In this document: positions 37,834 through 52,181 of the stretch, piece by piece
Position numbering within the stretch: the first letter of the stretch is position 1
Layout: each line of letters starts with the position of its first letter
Assembly (NCBI GenBank): GCA_963728545.1
Contig: CAVSKO010000002.1
Span: 4,653,817 to 4,717,816 of the forward strand
DNA from: Blastocatellia bacterium
GTDB taxonomy: Bacteria > Acidobacteriota > Blastocatellia > UBA7656
DNA: 64,000 nt
Direction of reading: 5' to 3'
Translations under genes and position numbers: made by a program
Notes under the pieces: model-generated
The model's database searches: none
What the model was told of the DNA's origin: nothing
What the model saw: the letters and a program-made list of their open reading frames with translations, nothing else

Positions 37834-38973
37834 ATGCTAAAGACGAAGAACCTGTTCGCCCTCCTGGCGCTCGCCATTATTTTTGTTTCGGCTTGCTCAA
37901 AAACAGAAATGCCGGGCAGTTGGTCCATCATGGATACGGGGACCGGCGATGCTTTTTACAGCGTCAATTTCGTAGACGAAAATACGGGCTGGCTCAACGG
38001 GCACACCGACCGCAGCTACATCCCTTCCGCCGAAGAGCTTGCCAATGCCAACGCCAACGCTAACAAAAACGCAAAACCGAAGAACCCGAAAGACAAGATC
38101 GATGACCCTTTGAAAGCCAACCAGGGTTTTGAAGTCTTGCATTCTACCGACGGCGGACGGACGTGGAAGCAGATACCCGATCAGTTCAAACATAAGATTC
38201 GTTCGGTCTGGTTCGTAGACCCGCAGACCGGGTGGGCGCTGACGATTGATAGAGACATACTTCACACTAAGGACGGCGGCCTGAATTGGGCGCTTCAACG
38301 GAAAGCCGGCACAACGAAGCTGAAGCTGCGTGATTCGAGGGGCGAGCGCGTTATGGATGCCCCGGAACAGATCGATCAAATCTACTTCCTCGACACGGCC
38401 CGGGGCTGGGCCTGGGGAGGCGGGCGCAAGGACTCTTACTCCGAGCAGCCGGGCATACTGCTTTCGACCGTAGACGGCGGCGGGAACTGGAACGAAGTCC
38501 CTTATCCTTTCGATAGCGACATCTCGGCCATATTCTTCCTCAACGCCAATCGCGCCTGGGCGAGCACGAAATCCGGCTTCTTTGCGACGACTGACGGCGG
38601 GCTGAACTGGGGCAAGGTCCAGACACGACTGCCGGAAGAACTCTTTTATTCGATCTTTTTCCTTGATGAGAGCAACGGGTGGGTCGTGGGCCGCAGCGGG
38701 CGGATGGCAAAAACTGCGGACGGCGGAGCGACCTGGACCAGAATCACTCGCGATATGGTGCGAGTCGAATTCGTGATGCGCGACATACATTTTACGGATC
38801 GCGATCACGGATGGGCCGCCGGGGAAAAGGGCGCGATACTCTACACCGATGACGGCGGCGAAAACTGGGCAAGTATACCTTCGCCCTTTTCCGGAACAGT
38901 TTACCGAGGTGTTCTTCGTCAATCGGCGGGCGGGTTGGATTGTGGGCCTCAACGGCGCGGCTCTCCGGCTTGA
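37834..38973 (+). CDS. Ycf48/BNR-type beta-propeller lipoprotein; the last blade is out of frame
   Basis: Lipobox FVSAC. Six DGGxxW Asp-box repeats (STDGGRTW, TKDGGLNW, VDGGGNW, TTDGGLNW, TADGGATW, DDGGENW), each followed by F[FL]xDxxxGW. The sixth GW strand is found only in the +1 frame after 38890. Confidence 0.75.
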   Translation: MLKTKNLFALLALAIIFVSACSKTEMPGSWSIMDTGTGDAFYSVNFVDENTGWLNGHTDRSYIPSAEELANANANANKNAKPKNPKDKIDDPLKANQGFEVLHSTDGGRTWKQIPDQFKHKIRSVWFVDPQTGWALTIDRDILHTKDGGLNWALQRKAGTTKLKLRDSRGERVMDAPEQIDQIYFLDTARGWAWGGGRKDSYSEQPGILLSTVDGGGNWNEVPYPFDSDISAIFFLNANRAWASTKSGFFATTDGGLNWGKVQTRLPEELFYSIFFLDESNGWVVGRSGRMAKTADGGATWTRITRDMVRVEFVMRDIHFTDRDHGWAAGEKGAILYTDDGGENWASIPSPFSGTVYRGVLRQSAGGLDCGPQRRGSPA

Positions 38974-39383
38974 ACCTGCAAATTAAGCGTTTAGAATTGT
39001 GAAGTGAATGTGAAGATTGCTTTTCGCCTTGTTTGCGCGGGCATCTTTACCGCCCGCCGCGAGCACTAACGTATGGAGCAGATTTGAGGGGGAATTCCGT
39101 GCAAATCGGGATGCGTGAATCGTTCTAATGTTGGCAGGGGTTTACAAGGAAATCGGACGTCAGATTTTAGCAACGTAATTGCAATAAGCTTGAGGAGAAT
39201 AATCATTGACAGCAGCAAGAGCCTCAAGGGACAATATATTGAGCCGATCTTCGGGTTATCGCAGCCGAGATTGAGCAGGAACAGAAAAAGGGTAGAGGGC
39301 CGAAACCCTCTTGTAACCTCTTAAGCCCTGAGTGATGCCAGTAAGTGCCCGGCTGATGGGCTTTCGTAGGGAGGATATGCAAA

Positions 39384-40403
39384 ATGGCTTTATTCGCAGA
39401 CGCGTTCGTTGAAGATTCGACAATATTTGGCCGACTATTTGATGAAATCTCAGAGGCATACCGCGAGTTCAGAGAAGATCCCAAGGCTTATTTTGATAGC
39501 GCCCTCAAAGGCGATTCTCGCCATCGCCGAAGGATACTCTTGAGCCTCGGCCTCGTGCTGAGCGCGATTCCCGTAATCTTTGCGCTCGTCATTTTAGGAA
39601 AAATATTATTGGTGCTCGTGCTGTCGCTTTTCGGATTCCAGACGGCGCAGGCTCAGGGTGCTCCTGAGTATGAGATAGTCGAGCTGGCTAATCCTGTAAA
39701 CGACATGGAGCAGCAGATCGAGATGCCGAAGGCCGACAAAAAGGCCGGCGGCGGCGGCGGCGGCGGGCGTCAATCCAAAACGCCTCCTTCAAAAGGGCAA
39801 TTGCCGGAGTTTTCGCTCAAGCCTCCCCTCATCGCGCCGCGCCCTGAACCGAGACTTACGCCCCCTGTGCTTCCTGTCCCTGAGACGGTGCAGGTCGATC
39901 CGCGATTGCAGCCGAAACGTGATGACCTGATGCCCACGGGACTTCCGACCGGGATAGAAGGCCCGCCTTCGCCGGGTCCGGGTACTGGCGGCGGCATGGG
40001 ATCAGGCTCTGGCGGCGGCATGGGATCGGGCGACGGAACGGGCGTGGGCCCGGGTCGCGGATATAACATGGGCGGCGGCGACCCTTCGCTCGGCGGCGGC
40101 AATCTGAATCCCGACGGCTCGGCCAAAACGGTTGATGCCAAGCCTATATTATTGAACCGGCCTCAGCCTCTTTACACAGAGGAAGCGCGCAAGAATAAGA
40201 TTCAAGGCACGGTTCGCGTGCGCATACTGGTCGGCGCTGACGGCAGAGTCAAGCGAGCGTCTATCATTACGGGCTTGCCTGACGGGTTGAATGAAATGGC
40301 GCTGCAAGCCGCTCACAGGATGCAGTTCAAAGCGGCGATGAAGAGCGGTCAGCCGGTCGCCTACTGGCTTAACAATGTCTTGATCGAATTCAACATCAGG
40401 TAA
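39384..40403 (+). CDS. TonB-family energy transducer-like protein 1
   Basis: N-terminal helix, one TM helix, Pro/Gly-rich linker, and C-terminal TonB_C (YTEEARKNKIQGTVRVRILVGADGRV ... FKAAMKSGQPVAYW). Confidence 0.8.
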   Translation: MALFADAFVEDSTIFGRLFDEISEAYREFREDPKAYFDSALKGDSRHRRRILLSLGLVLSAIPVIFALVILGKILLVLVLSLFGFQTAQAQGAPEYEIVELANPVNDMEQQIEMPKADKKAGGGGGGGRQSKTPPSKGQLPEFSLKPPLIAPRPEPRLTPPVLPVPETVQVDPRLQPKRDDLMPTGLPTGIEGPPSPGPGTGGGMGSGSGGGMGSGDGTGVGPGRGYNMGGGDPSLGGGNLNPDGSAKTVDAKPILLNRPQPLYTEEARKNKIQGTVRVRILVGADGRVKRASIITGLPDGLNEMALQAAHRMQFKAAMKSGQPVAYWLNNVLIEFNIR

Positions 40404-40419
40404 GAAATCAAGTTTTCGG

Positions 40420-40458
40420 AAAGGCGCGATTGTCGGCTTGATAATCGCGCCTTTTTTG
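40420..40458 (+). terminator. rho-independent terminator between the two TonB-like genes
   Basis: aaaggcgcgatt-gtcggcttgat-aatcgcgccttt, followed by ttt. Confidence 0.75.
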
Positions 40459-40500
40459 GTAAATCGGCTACGCCTTCCGCTCGATTGGCTCACCTCTAAG

Positions 40501-41565
40501 ATGGTTTCTGCAATGACAAGCGATTTTGATGGCAGCAACGGCGCTTTGCCCTTTTCGATGATCGAGCAAAAAGGGCTTCTCGCGCGGCTGGCCGAAGAGC
40601 TTCTGCGCGCCTGGCGGGAAATGGCCCGCGACCCGCGCGGTTTCATACGAGACTTGCTTGTCGATGAGTCGAAAGACACAAAGCGGCGTCGCTTGATTCG
40701 CGTCGGCCTTCTTTGCGCGCTCGCCGGGCACCTCGCATTGATTGGAATAATCGTAGTCTTAGGCTGGAACCGCATGGCTGCCGCGTCCGACGAGGAACGA
40801 CCGGAATACGTAGTCACGATGGTTCCTCAGACGGCTCGTAACCCGCACGGGCAGTCCGGCGCTTCGAAAGGCGATGAGTCCAGCGGTAAGAATGACGGCG
40901 GCGGTGGCGGCGGCGACCGCAACCCGCTTCCGGCATCCGGCGGCGCTTTACCTCAAATGGCGCCCTCGCAGCAGATAGTCCATCCGCTTGCGCCAATTCC
41001 GCCAAAACCACTGCTTCCGGTTCCTGCAACAATCATCGGCCCGCAGAGCGCGGAGCCGCCGCCTAACGTGGCTCTCGGCGTTCCCACAGGCCAGATAGAT
41101 GCTCCGCCCTCGCCGGGTTCGGGCACTGGCGGCGGCATGGGCGACGGCAAAGGGACGGGAGTAGGCTCGGGCGACGGGCCGGGCGCGGGTCCTGGCAAAG
41201 GCGGCGGAAGCGGCGGCGGCGGCAGGTCATCCGGCGATCCGGATGGGACGGGTTCCGGGCCGGGCATAATCGCTTTTAACAATCCGCAAAAACCTTCAGG
41301 CTTTTCTCCCTTCACCTGGACTTATCGCCCGACGCCTATCGTGACGCCGGAGGCGCAGGCTAATAAAGTGTCCGGGACCGTGCTTTTGAGAGCGACTTTT
41401 AATTCTAACGGGGTGATAACGGATATTGAGATAGTCAACCCTGTGCCCTTTATGACCGACTCAGCCGTAGAAGCGCTCAGGCGGTCCAGGTTTCGTCCGG
41501 CGACTGTAAACGGCAAGCCGGTAACGCTCGTTCGAGTGCCTGTCCGCATCAACGTCCATTACTAA
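40501..41565 (+). CDS. TonB-family energy transducer-like protein 2
   Basis: Same architecture as protein 1. TonB_C is TPEAQANKVSGTVLLRATFNSNGVI ... FRPATVNGKPV. The track start 40438 lies inside the terminator hairpin, so I chose the ATG at 40501. Confidence 0.75.
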   Translation: MVSAMTSDFDGSNGALPFSMIEQKGLLARLAEELLRAWREMARDPRGFIRDLLVDESKDTKRRRLIRVGLLCALAGHLALIGIIVVLGWNRMAAASDEERPEYVVTMVPQTARNPHGQSGASKGDESSGKNDGGGGGGDRNPLPASGGALPQMAPSQQIVHPLAPIPPKPLLPVPATIIGPQSAEPPPNVALGVPTGQIDAPPSPGSGTGGGMGDGKGTGVGSGDGPGAGPGKGGGSGGGGRSSGDPDGTGSGPGIIAFNNPQKPSGFSPFTWTYRPTPIVTPEAQANKVSGTVLLRATFNSNGVITDIEIVNPVPFMTDSAVEALRRSRFRPATVNGKPVTLVRVPVRINVHY

Positions 41566-42014
41566 TATTCATCCCTCGATACCGTCCGCGCTATTTTGGC
41601 CAGCACAGGCTTTATGTTTTCGAGTGCTTCTGAAATGTTCGCCGAGTAGTTCAATTCAAGCGCAATCAAATAATCCCCTTCGATCTCTTCAATGATAAAG
41701 CTCGCGCCGTCATACTCGATGACGAAGTGAGTTAGGCGGCCCAGCTCAAGGTTGCGGGCGGCAGTCTTGCAGTTTTGAAAGACGACGGCGACGTAGGCTG
41801 CTCTCAGTCGCAATTGTTCGCCGTCGCCCGAAGCGATCCACTGCACGGCTTCGCCGCTCGCGTCCATAATGATCGCAGATTCAGCGCCTTCGACGCTTGA
41901 GATAAGCTCTCCGAGCAGTGCTTTGAATGGCACTGGCGCACCTCGTTTCTCTTTATTGGGGCGGAAACTTGAAGGCTCGACCGCATTATAAAATAGACCG
42001 CCACGAGCTGCCAT
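41562..42014 (-). CDS. Roadblock/LC7 (MglB-like) domain protein (tentative)
   Basis: LLGELISSVEGAESAIIMDASGEAV ... FVIEYDGASFIIEEIEGDYLIALEL matches the Roadblock pattern by eye. The true start may be internal. Confidence 0.4.
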   Translation of the reverse strand: MAARGGLFYNAVEPSSFRPNKEKRGAPVPFKALLGELISSVEGAESAIIMDASGEAVQWIASGDGEQLRLRAAYVAVVFQNCKTAARNLELGRLTHFVIEYDGASFIIEEIEGDYLIALELNYSANISEALENIKPVLAKIARTVSRDEY

Positions 42015-42160
42015 AGCTGATCGAAAGCCGCCCGCCCCGTCGTTTAAACCGCTAAGTGTTATACTCTCAGCAGATTTTCCGACTTTTCCGGCCGCTCGCG
42101 AGTCTATATTAATGAAGCGGATGGAAGGTCTATCCTCGGATAGGTGGCGCGGGTAGAGAC

Positions 42161-42724
42161 TTGGACTTGAGCGACAGCCAAATCATCGAGCGCACATTGG
42201 GCGGCGAGCCTGAGGCATTCAACCTGCTCGTGCGCAGGTGGGAGCGACAAATTTACGGGCTCAGCCTGCGCATGCTGGGCCGCGACGAAGAGGCAAAGGA
42301 TGCGACACAGGAAACTTTCCTGTCGGCCTATCGCAACCTGTCGAAGTTCAGAGGCGAGTCCAAGTTTTCATCCTGGATTTATCGAATTGCCCTCAACATC
42401 TGCAACACGAAACTGAGGAGCAGGGCACGGGGCACGATTTCGCTCGAAGAGCAGTGGGAGACTACGGGGTTTGAGATAGCCGCAGAGACTGACGACCTGA
42501 GCGGCAATATTCAGCAACAGCAGATCACGCGCCACGTGCGCCGCGCCTTGCAGGGGCTTCCGGCAGAGATGCGGCAGGTAATAATTATGAAGGAGTATGA
42601 AGGACTGAAGTTCGCAGAGATAGCCGACATACTCGGCATACCTCTGTCGACCGTCAAGACACGCATGTACACGGGCTTGACCGAATTGAGAAAAAGGCTT
42701 GAGCACCTGCGGGCGGCTGTCTGA
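42161..42724 (+). CDS. ECF-type RNA polymerase sigma factor
   Basis: Region 2 [33 protein letters not shown] and region 4 [34 protein letters not shown] start. Confidence 0.9.
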   Translation: MDLSDSQIIERTLGGEPEAFNLLVRRWERQIYGLSLRMLGRDEEAKDATQETFLSAYRNLSKFRGESKFSSWIYRIALNICNTKLRSRARGTISLEEQWETTGFEIAAETDDLSGNIQQQQITRHVRRALQGLPAEMRQVIIMKEYEGLKFAEIADILGIPLSTVKTRMYTGLTELRKRLEHLRAAV

Positions 42725-42794
42725 ATCAAGCTTCGTATGATTCGAGCGGTGACCGATTGATAATCGAGAGCTTGAGGAAGTGGGTGGTGAGAAA

Positions 42795-43532
42795 ATGACC
42801 GACACAAACAGAACACCGAACTGCGATATGCGCGAAGCGATGGTCGCATACCTCTACAACGAGGCGACTGCCGACGAGAGCCGCGCGGTCGAAGCGCACC
42901 TTGCAGGCTGCCATGGTTGCCGGCAGGAATTCGCATCTTTCGAGCGCGTGCGCGGCATGCTACAGCAATGGCAGCTTGACGACCTGCCGGTCGTGCGCGT
43001 TGAGACGGCGAGCCGGAAGCACAGGTCCGCGCTTGAGGCTTTCAAGGAGCTGTTTGCAGTGGCTCCGCTGTGGGCCAAGCTTGCCGGGGCCGTGGCGATG
43101 GCGATGCTCGTGCTTGCGGTGATGGGAACGGAAGTGAGCGTAGGCAGCAACGGTTTCACTTTGCGGGCAGACCTGTTCGGCAGAGACAAGGGCGTGCAGA
43201 CCGCCGCCGCGACGGCTGATCCGGATATGAATGCAAGGCTCGAACAGATTCGCGCCGAAATCAAGACTGTAGTCAACCTGGAAATCGCGCGCAGCGAGCG
43301 CGAGCAGAGCGATGCGCTGAAAGCGCAACTCGTGAGTTTCGAGTCCCAGCTACAGAACCTGCACGCGGCAGATTTGGCGAAGCTTGCGGCGCGCATTCAA
43401 GAACATCAAGCAAAGATCAAGACGCTTGAGCGCGACATAGACCGCCGCGAAGGGCTTGACCTGACGGACATACTCTTTAGCGAGTTGACGAAAGAGCCTT
43501 CCGGCCAAATATCGCAAAGAGGCAGCGACTAA
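42795..43532 (+). CDS. anti-sigma factor (zf-HC2) with one TM helix and a coiled-coil C-terminus
   Basis: HLAGCHGCRQEF zinc-finger motif about 35 aa from the N-terminus. TM helix LAGAVAMAMLVLAVMG. Directly follows the ECF sigma gene. Confidence 0.8.
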   Translation: MTDTNRTPNCDMREAMVAYLYNEATADESRAVEAHLAGCHGCRQEFASFERVRGMLQQWQLDDLPVVRVETASRKHRSALEAFKELFAVAPLWAKLAGAVAMAMLVLAVMGTEVSVGSNGFTLRADLFGRDKGVQTAAATADPDMNARLEQIRAEIKTVVNLEIARSEREQSDALKAQLVSFESQLQNLHAADLAKLAARIQEHQAKIKTLERDIDRREGLDLTDILFSELTKEPSGQISQRGSD

Positions 43533-43557
43533 AGGCAATCAATAATTCTTGCGGGAT

Positions 43558-43680
43558 ACCGCAGCTCCGGTTGACGAATTGTTGGGCGAGGCGAGGCGCC
43601 AGGCCGCGCATGAATTGGGGAGAGTTCATGCCGAGCCCATGCTCAGTTTCCGACGACCGGCGCTGCGGTTCTGTTTTTTA
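43558..43680 (+). terminator. long-range hairpin plus T tract after the anti-sigma gene
   Basis: accgcagctccggt (43558-43571) pairs 13/14 with accggcgctgcggt (43656-43669), followed by tctgtttttta. The 84-nt loop contains a catgaa...ttcatg sub-hairpin. Confidence 0.4.
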
Positions 43681-43688
43681 TTCCTGAG

Positions 43689-44201
43689 CAGGGCTTTCTC
43701 ATAAAAAATTGAGTTTCTTTAATGCTATTATCAATTGGTCAAAGTCATCACTGAATTTTTCTAATAACGCTTTTTTATTCTGATCGCTTTGACGACTCAA
43801 AATTATTGTGGCCAGATTTCGGACTTCAGCCATCACTTGCGTAACCACTTTTTTTTGTCCGCTGTTGATCTTCCTTGAGTGTTACATCGCGCAACTGATT
43901 GTTCACTTCAACTTGCCAATGACCACGAATCGCTCTCACCAGCTCTTCATATTTTCCGACTTCGTTACTCAGATAATAGCTCACGGCGACACTTTTTTTC
44001 GCACTCTTTAATTGTTCGGTTTCGCGCCTGACTTTAATCTCCGTGCGAATTTGACAGGCTTTGAAGCGAGCGGCCGTTTCCATTTCCAGGACATCCGAGA
44101 TTTCGTAGTGGCGCTCTTCAATGTTGGTTACTTTTTTTGTTTAGTCACTATAAAAAATAACCATTTGCCTCCTTGTTTTCAATTTTTATGAGAGAGCCCT
44201 G
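43689..44201. mobile_element. internally deleted ISAs1-family element (MITE-like remnant)
   Basis: Terminal inverted repeats cagggctttctcataaaaaattga (43689-43712) and ttcaatttttatgagagagccctg (44178-44201). They enclose only a transposase C-terminal fragment. Confidence 0.7.
43826..44083 (-). pseudogene. ISAs1-family transposase, C-terminal fragment
   Basis: VSYYLSNEVGKYEELVRAIRGHWQVEVNNQLRDVTLKEDQQR matches the family C-terminal signature (YYISS ... IRxHWxIEN.LH..RDVTFxEDxSR). About 300 aa of the N-terminus are missing. Confidence 0.7.
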
Positions 44202-44273
44202 TAAAATTAAATTTAGATAGCAAAAGAAGAGGAAGAGTATTTGCAGATTCTTCGCGATATTTTGTATTGATAA

Positions 44274-47404
<3,131 letters not shown>

Positions 47405-47463
47405 TCAGGACTTCCTTCGGGTCTTCTTTTCTCAATACCGTAAAATCGGATACAATCCGTTGA

Positions 47464-48471
47464 ATGCAAGTGCTCGAACGTATCCGCGCCCGCGCCGCCG
47501 CCGATCTAAAACATATAGTGCTGCCGGAAGGCGAAGAAGAACGAACCATTCGCGCCGCCCAGCTCGCGACCGCCGAGCGAATCGCCCGCATTACTTTGAT
47601 AGGCCGAGGGGAAGTCATACGCGAACGCGCTCGGGGAGCGGGCCTCGACCTGACGGGGGTCGCTATAATCGATCACCTCAAAGCTTCGGAGCGTGAAGAG
47701 TACGCCGCCCGTTACTCGGAAGCGCGGCGGGCAAAAGGCGTAACCATAGACGAAGCGCGGCGGCAGATGGATGACCCGCTCTACTTCGGCAATATGATGG
47801 TACGCGAAGGACGGGCCGACGGGAGCGTATCGGGGGCCACTCACACGACAGGCCATACGGTAAGCGCCGCGCTCCGCTGCATTGGCCCGAGGGCGGGCCT
47901 CAAGGTTGTCTCAAGCTTTTTTGTTATGGCGCTGCCGCGAAGCGAGTTTGGAGCAAACGGCGCGCTGTTGTTTGCAGATTGCGGGGTAATCATAAACCCG
48001 TCGGCTTCCGAACTCGCCGAGATTGCGCTGGCTTCAGCCGATTCTGCGCGAGCATTGCTCGGAGTCGAGCCGCGCGTCGCGATGCTCTCTTTTTCGACAA
48101 AAGGCAGCGCAACCTCTCCCCTGGTAGACAAGGTCCGCGAGGCTACGCGCACGGCAAAAGCCCGCGCGCCGGAGTTAATCATAGACGGCGAGCTACAGGC
48201 CGATGCCGCGCTCGTCAGAGCTATAGCCGAAAGCAAAGCACCGGGCAGCGCGGTTGCAGGCCAGGCAAACACATTGATCTTTCCGAATCTGGAGGCGGGC
48301 AACATCGCATACAAGCTAGTCGAGCGATTAGGCGGCGCGACCGCCGTAGGCCCGATACTTCAAGGACTTGCCCGCCCGGCTAACGACCTTTCGCGCGGAT
48401 GCAAGGCCGAAGATATACGCGATGCCCTAGCCATCACAGCCGTCCAGGCCCAGGCTCTCGCCACTCGTTAA
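47464..48471 (+). CDS. pta: phosphate acetyltransferase
   Basis: 335 aa with [37 protein letters not shown] and [17 protein letters not shown], typical of the PTA_PTB family. Confidence 0.85.
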   Translation: MQVLERIRARAAADLKHIVLPEGEEERTIRAAQLATAERIARITLIGRGEVIRERARGAGLDLTGVAIIDHLKASEREEYAARYSEARRAKGVTIDEARRQMDDPLYFGNMMVREGRADGSVSGATHTTGHTVSAALRCIGPRAGLKVVSSFFVMALPRSEFGANGALLFADCGVIINPSASELAEIALASADSARALLGVEPRVAMLSFSTKGSATSPLVDKVREATRTAKARAPELIIDGELQADAALVRAIAESKAPGSAVAGQANTLIFPNLEAGNIAYKLVERLGGATAVGPILQGLARPANDLSRGCKAEDIRDALAITAVQAQALATR

Positions 48472-48492
48472 TCCACTAAATTTCGTAATCGG

Positions 48493-48567
48493 TCAGTTAC
48501 GTGGGGAAAGTTGAGATGCCCTCTTTGCAAACAAAGGATTTACGGTTTTTGCTCCCCACGTAACTGA
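48493..48567 (+). terminator. 15-bp perfect inverted repeat after pta (terminator or REP-like)
   Basis: tcagttacgtgggga (48493-48507) vs tccccacgtaactga (48553-48567). The loop holds a ctttg-caaa-caaag sub-hairpin. Confidence 0.4.
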
Positions 48568-48591
48568 GGCATTACTAAATTTCAGCCGAAG

Positions 48592-49875
48592 CTCACCGCC
48601 CCCCGTCATCCTGATTTGGCTCCGGCGGCCTGGGCGCGGCTTTTAACTGGCTTTTCTACCTCCACTAACTTTACATCACATAAACGTAACGCCAACTTCG
48701 GCAGTTGTTTTACTATCTCTTCTCCTTTTATCAGCCCGCTACTGATTGCATTTCTCCCTACTGACAGCAAACTCCGTCGCGGTCCTTTCTTCGTCCAGTT
48801 GAATTGCGCTTCGCGATCTTTCTTCAACACGCTCGCTCCTGCCCCCATCCTTAATGCATAGGCCACCATCGCCGCACACCACAATACGGTCAACTTCACA
48901 TCACTTCTTAACCCGATCTGCTTCAACCCCCATCCATACCTACTCCCCTTCGTGTCTCGGAACCCGCTCTCGATTCCCATCCTCCTCGCATATAGACTTG
49001 CCACCTCTCGCGCTGTCAGGTCCAACCGATCTGTTGCTATGAACCAGGGTGCCTTGTGCCCACGACCGCGATAAACTATCAGCCGCAACCGCGCTTGATT
49101 CTTCTTATCTTTACCCAACTCTCCTTCTCCCAGGTCGTCTAATCCTCCTTCTTTGATCTGATAATCACGCAGTAATCCTTGATACTTGGAGCTTGAAAAA
49201 TAGGTGTTGTGACAAACCCTGGTTATGAATCTCAGTCCGTGCTGGCGCAATTGTTTTACGAGGCTGATGCGAGCGAAACCACGGTCATTTATACAGGTTA
49301 TCTGTTGATTTGAGCGGCGCACCAGAGCCAGCAATAAGAAGAAAGCGTGCTCGGCCTGGTTTTGTGACCGAAGCAGCTTGCGTACCTGGTAAGCTACAGC
49401 CAGGAAGGGTAAGCATCGGCCCGAGTGCATAAGAGCGGCCATCAAGACTTGCCGCCCGTCACGCCACATCGTCCAATCAATGAGCACGAAGCAGTCCTTG
49501 AGTTGAGATGTGTAATGGTCCCAAAGCCATTGCCAGACCTCATCCAAGTTCTGTGTTTTGCGATGAAGGAATTTCTCAATCTTGCGGTAAGCTTTGCGAT
49601 ATTTGAAGCGGCGAGTGCGAGCCAAGTGATCAACGGCGTTTGAAGTGTGGAAACGTTCGTGATAAAGGAAGGCAGAGACGAGAGCGGCAAAACAGGTACG
49701 GCCACCGATTCTCCAAGAAGTTGTCATTTGGCGAACGAGGAAGTATAAATCAATCCAAGACATAAAAGTCGCTCCTGAGAGACTAGATTTAGACAGTCAA
49801 GCTCTCAGGAGTTTTTATTTGATCTGACTTTTCTTGGCAACCTCCTCTTGTATGCAATACACGGGGGGCGGTGAG
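48592..49875 (-). mobile_element. intact IS4-family insertion sequence (1284 bp) with a 9-bp target-site duplication
   Basis: Terminal inverted repeats ctcaccgccccccgt (48592-48606) and acggggggcggtgag (49861-49875). Direct repeat cagccgaag at 48583-48591 and 49876-49884. Confidence 0.9.
48606..49763 (-). CDS. IS4-family DDE transposase
   Basis: 385 aa with D (VLIDWT), D (CINDRGF) and the YARRMGIESGFRDTK block (Y-2-R-3-E-6-K signature). Confidence 0.85.
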   Translation of the reverse strand: MSWIDLYFLVRQMTTSWRIGGRTCFAALVSAFLYHERFHTSNAVDHLARTRRFKYRKAYRKIEKFLHRKTQNLDEVWQWLWDHYTSQLKDCFVLIDWTMWRDGRQVLMAALMHSGRCLPFLAVAYQVRKLLRSQNQAEHAFFLLLALVRRSNQQITCINDRGFARISLVKQLRQHGLRFITRVCHNTYFSSSKYQGLLRDYQIKEGGLDDLGEGELGKDKKNQARLRLIVYRGRGHKAPWFIATDRLDLTAREVASLYARRMGIESGFRDTKGSRYGWGLKQIGLRSDVKLTVLWCAAMVAYALRMGAGASVLKKDREAQFNWTKKGPRRSLLSVGRNAISSGLIKGEEIVKQLPKLALRLCDVKLVEVEKPVKSRAQAAGAKSG

Positions 49876-49887
49876 CAGCCGAAGACA

Positions 49888-49916
49888 TTGACAGAACAGC
49901 TCGCCGAAAATATAAT
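49888..49916 (+). promoter_or_regulatory. consensus sigma-70 promoter of groESL
   Basis: TTGACA (49888-49893), a 17-nt spacer, then TATAAT (49911-49916). Confidence 0.8.
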
Positions 49917-49942
49917 TAGCACTCTCGGCTAGAGAGTGCTAG
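49916..49942 (+). promoter_or_regulatory. CIRCE operator (HrcA binding site)
   Basis: TTAGCACTC-tcggctaga-GAGTGCTAG matches 17/18 of TTAGCACTC-N9-GAGTGCTAA. It overlaps the -10 box by 1 nt. Confidence 0.9.
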
Positions 49943-50017
49943 CGCACCTATATATGGTTGCATCTTACCGGCGCGCTGCCTTAATAGAAATCAAACGAAA
50001 GGAGTCTACAGACCATT

Positions 50018-50356
50018 ATGGCAAGCATACGGCCACTTCATGATCGAGTGATAATCAGGAGGATTGAGGAAGGAGAACAGATTCGGGGAGGGATCATCAT
50101 ACCCGACTCCGCTAAAGAGAAGCCGATGGAAGGCGAGGTCATCGCGGTCGGCAACGGCAAAAAGAAAGATAACGGCGAGTACGCCCCGCTTGATGTGAAA
50201 GAGGGCGACCGCGTGCTTTTCGGCAAATACGCGGGCACGGAAGTGAAGCTTGACGGCGAAGAGTACCTCATCATGCGCGAGGAGGACATATTGGGCGTGA
50301 TCGAGCGGGCCGCCGCCAACGAAGGCTCGAAAGCAAAGGGCAAGGCATCCAAGTAA
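50018..50356 (+). CDS. groES: co-chaperonin GroES (with a short Lys-rich C-terminal extension)
   Basis: [15 protein letters not shown] ... [13 protein letters not shown] ... [14 protein letters not shown]. Extra tail [15 protein letters not shown]. Confidence 0.95.
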   Translation: MASIRPLHDRVIIRRIEEGEQIRGGIIIPDSAKEKPMEGEVIAVGNGKKKDNGEYAPLDVKEGDRVLFGKYAGTEVKLDGEEYLIMREEDILGVIERAAANEGSKAKGKASK

Positions 50357-50370
50357 TTTCTTAATATTAG

Positions 50371-52008
<1,638 letters not shown>

Positions 52009-52028
52009 TATCGCCCTGAGAAAAGATT

Positions 52029-52106
52029 AGCCGCCGCAGGCGCGGAAAGCATAGAGCTTTGCCAAACAATCTCTATACGCTTCGCGCCTGCGGCGGCTTA
52101 CTTTTT
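52029..52106 (+). terminator. groEL terminator (16-bp GC stem, long loop, T tract)
   Basis: agccgccgcaggcgcg (52029-52044) vs cgcgcctgcggcggct (52083-52098), followed by tactttttc. Confidence 0.7.
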
Positions 52107-52181
52107 CATCCCTGGTTTTGCGCGCTCACGCGGCCGTCAATTCAGCAGTCGAAGAGGCGAAGTCATTCTTTATCATTCGGG

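Noticed and set aside
39000-39383. Small ORFs (39115..39324, 39224..39484, 39256..39459) and a GAGGG-ccgaaa-CCCTC hairpin upstream of the first TonB-like gene
   Set aside because: The ORFs overlap one another and lack coding-like composition or an RBS. The hairpin is short with no T tract. This is probably just the promoter/leader region.
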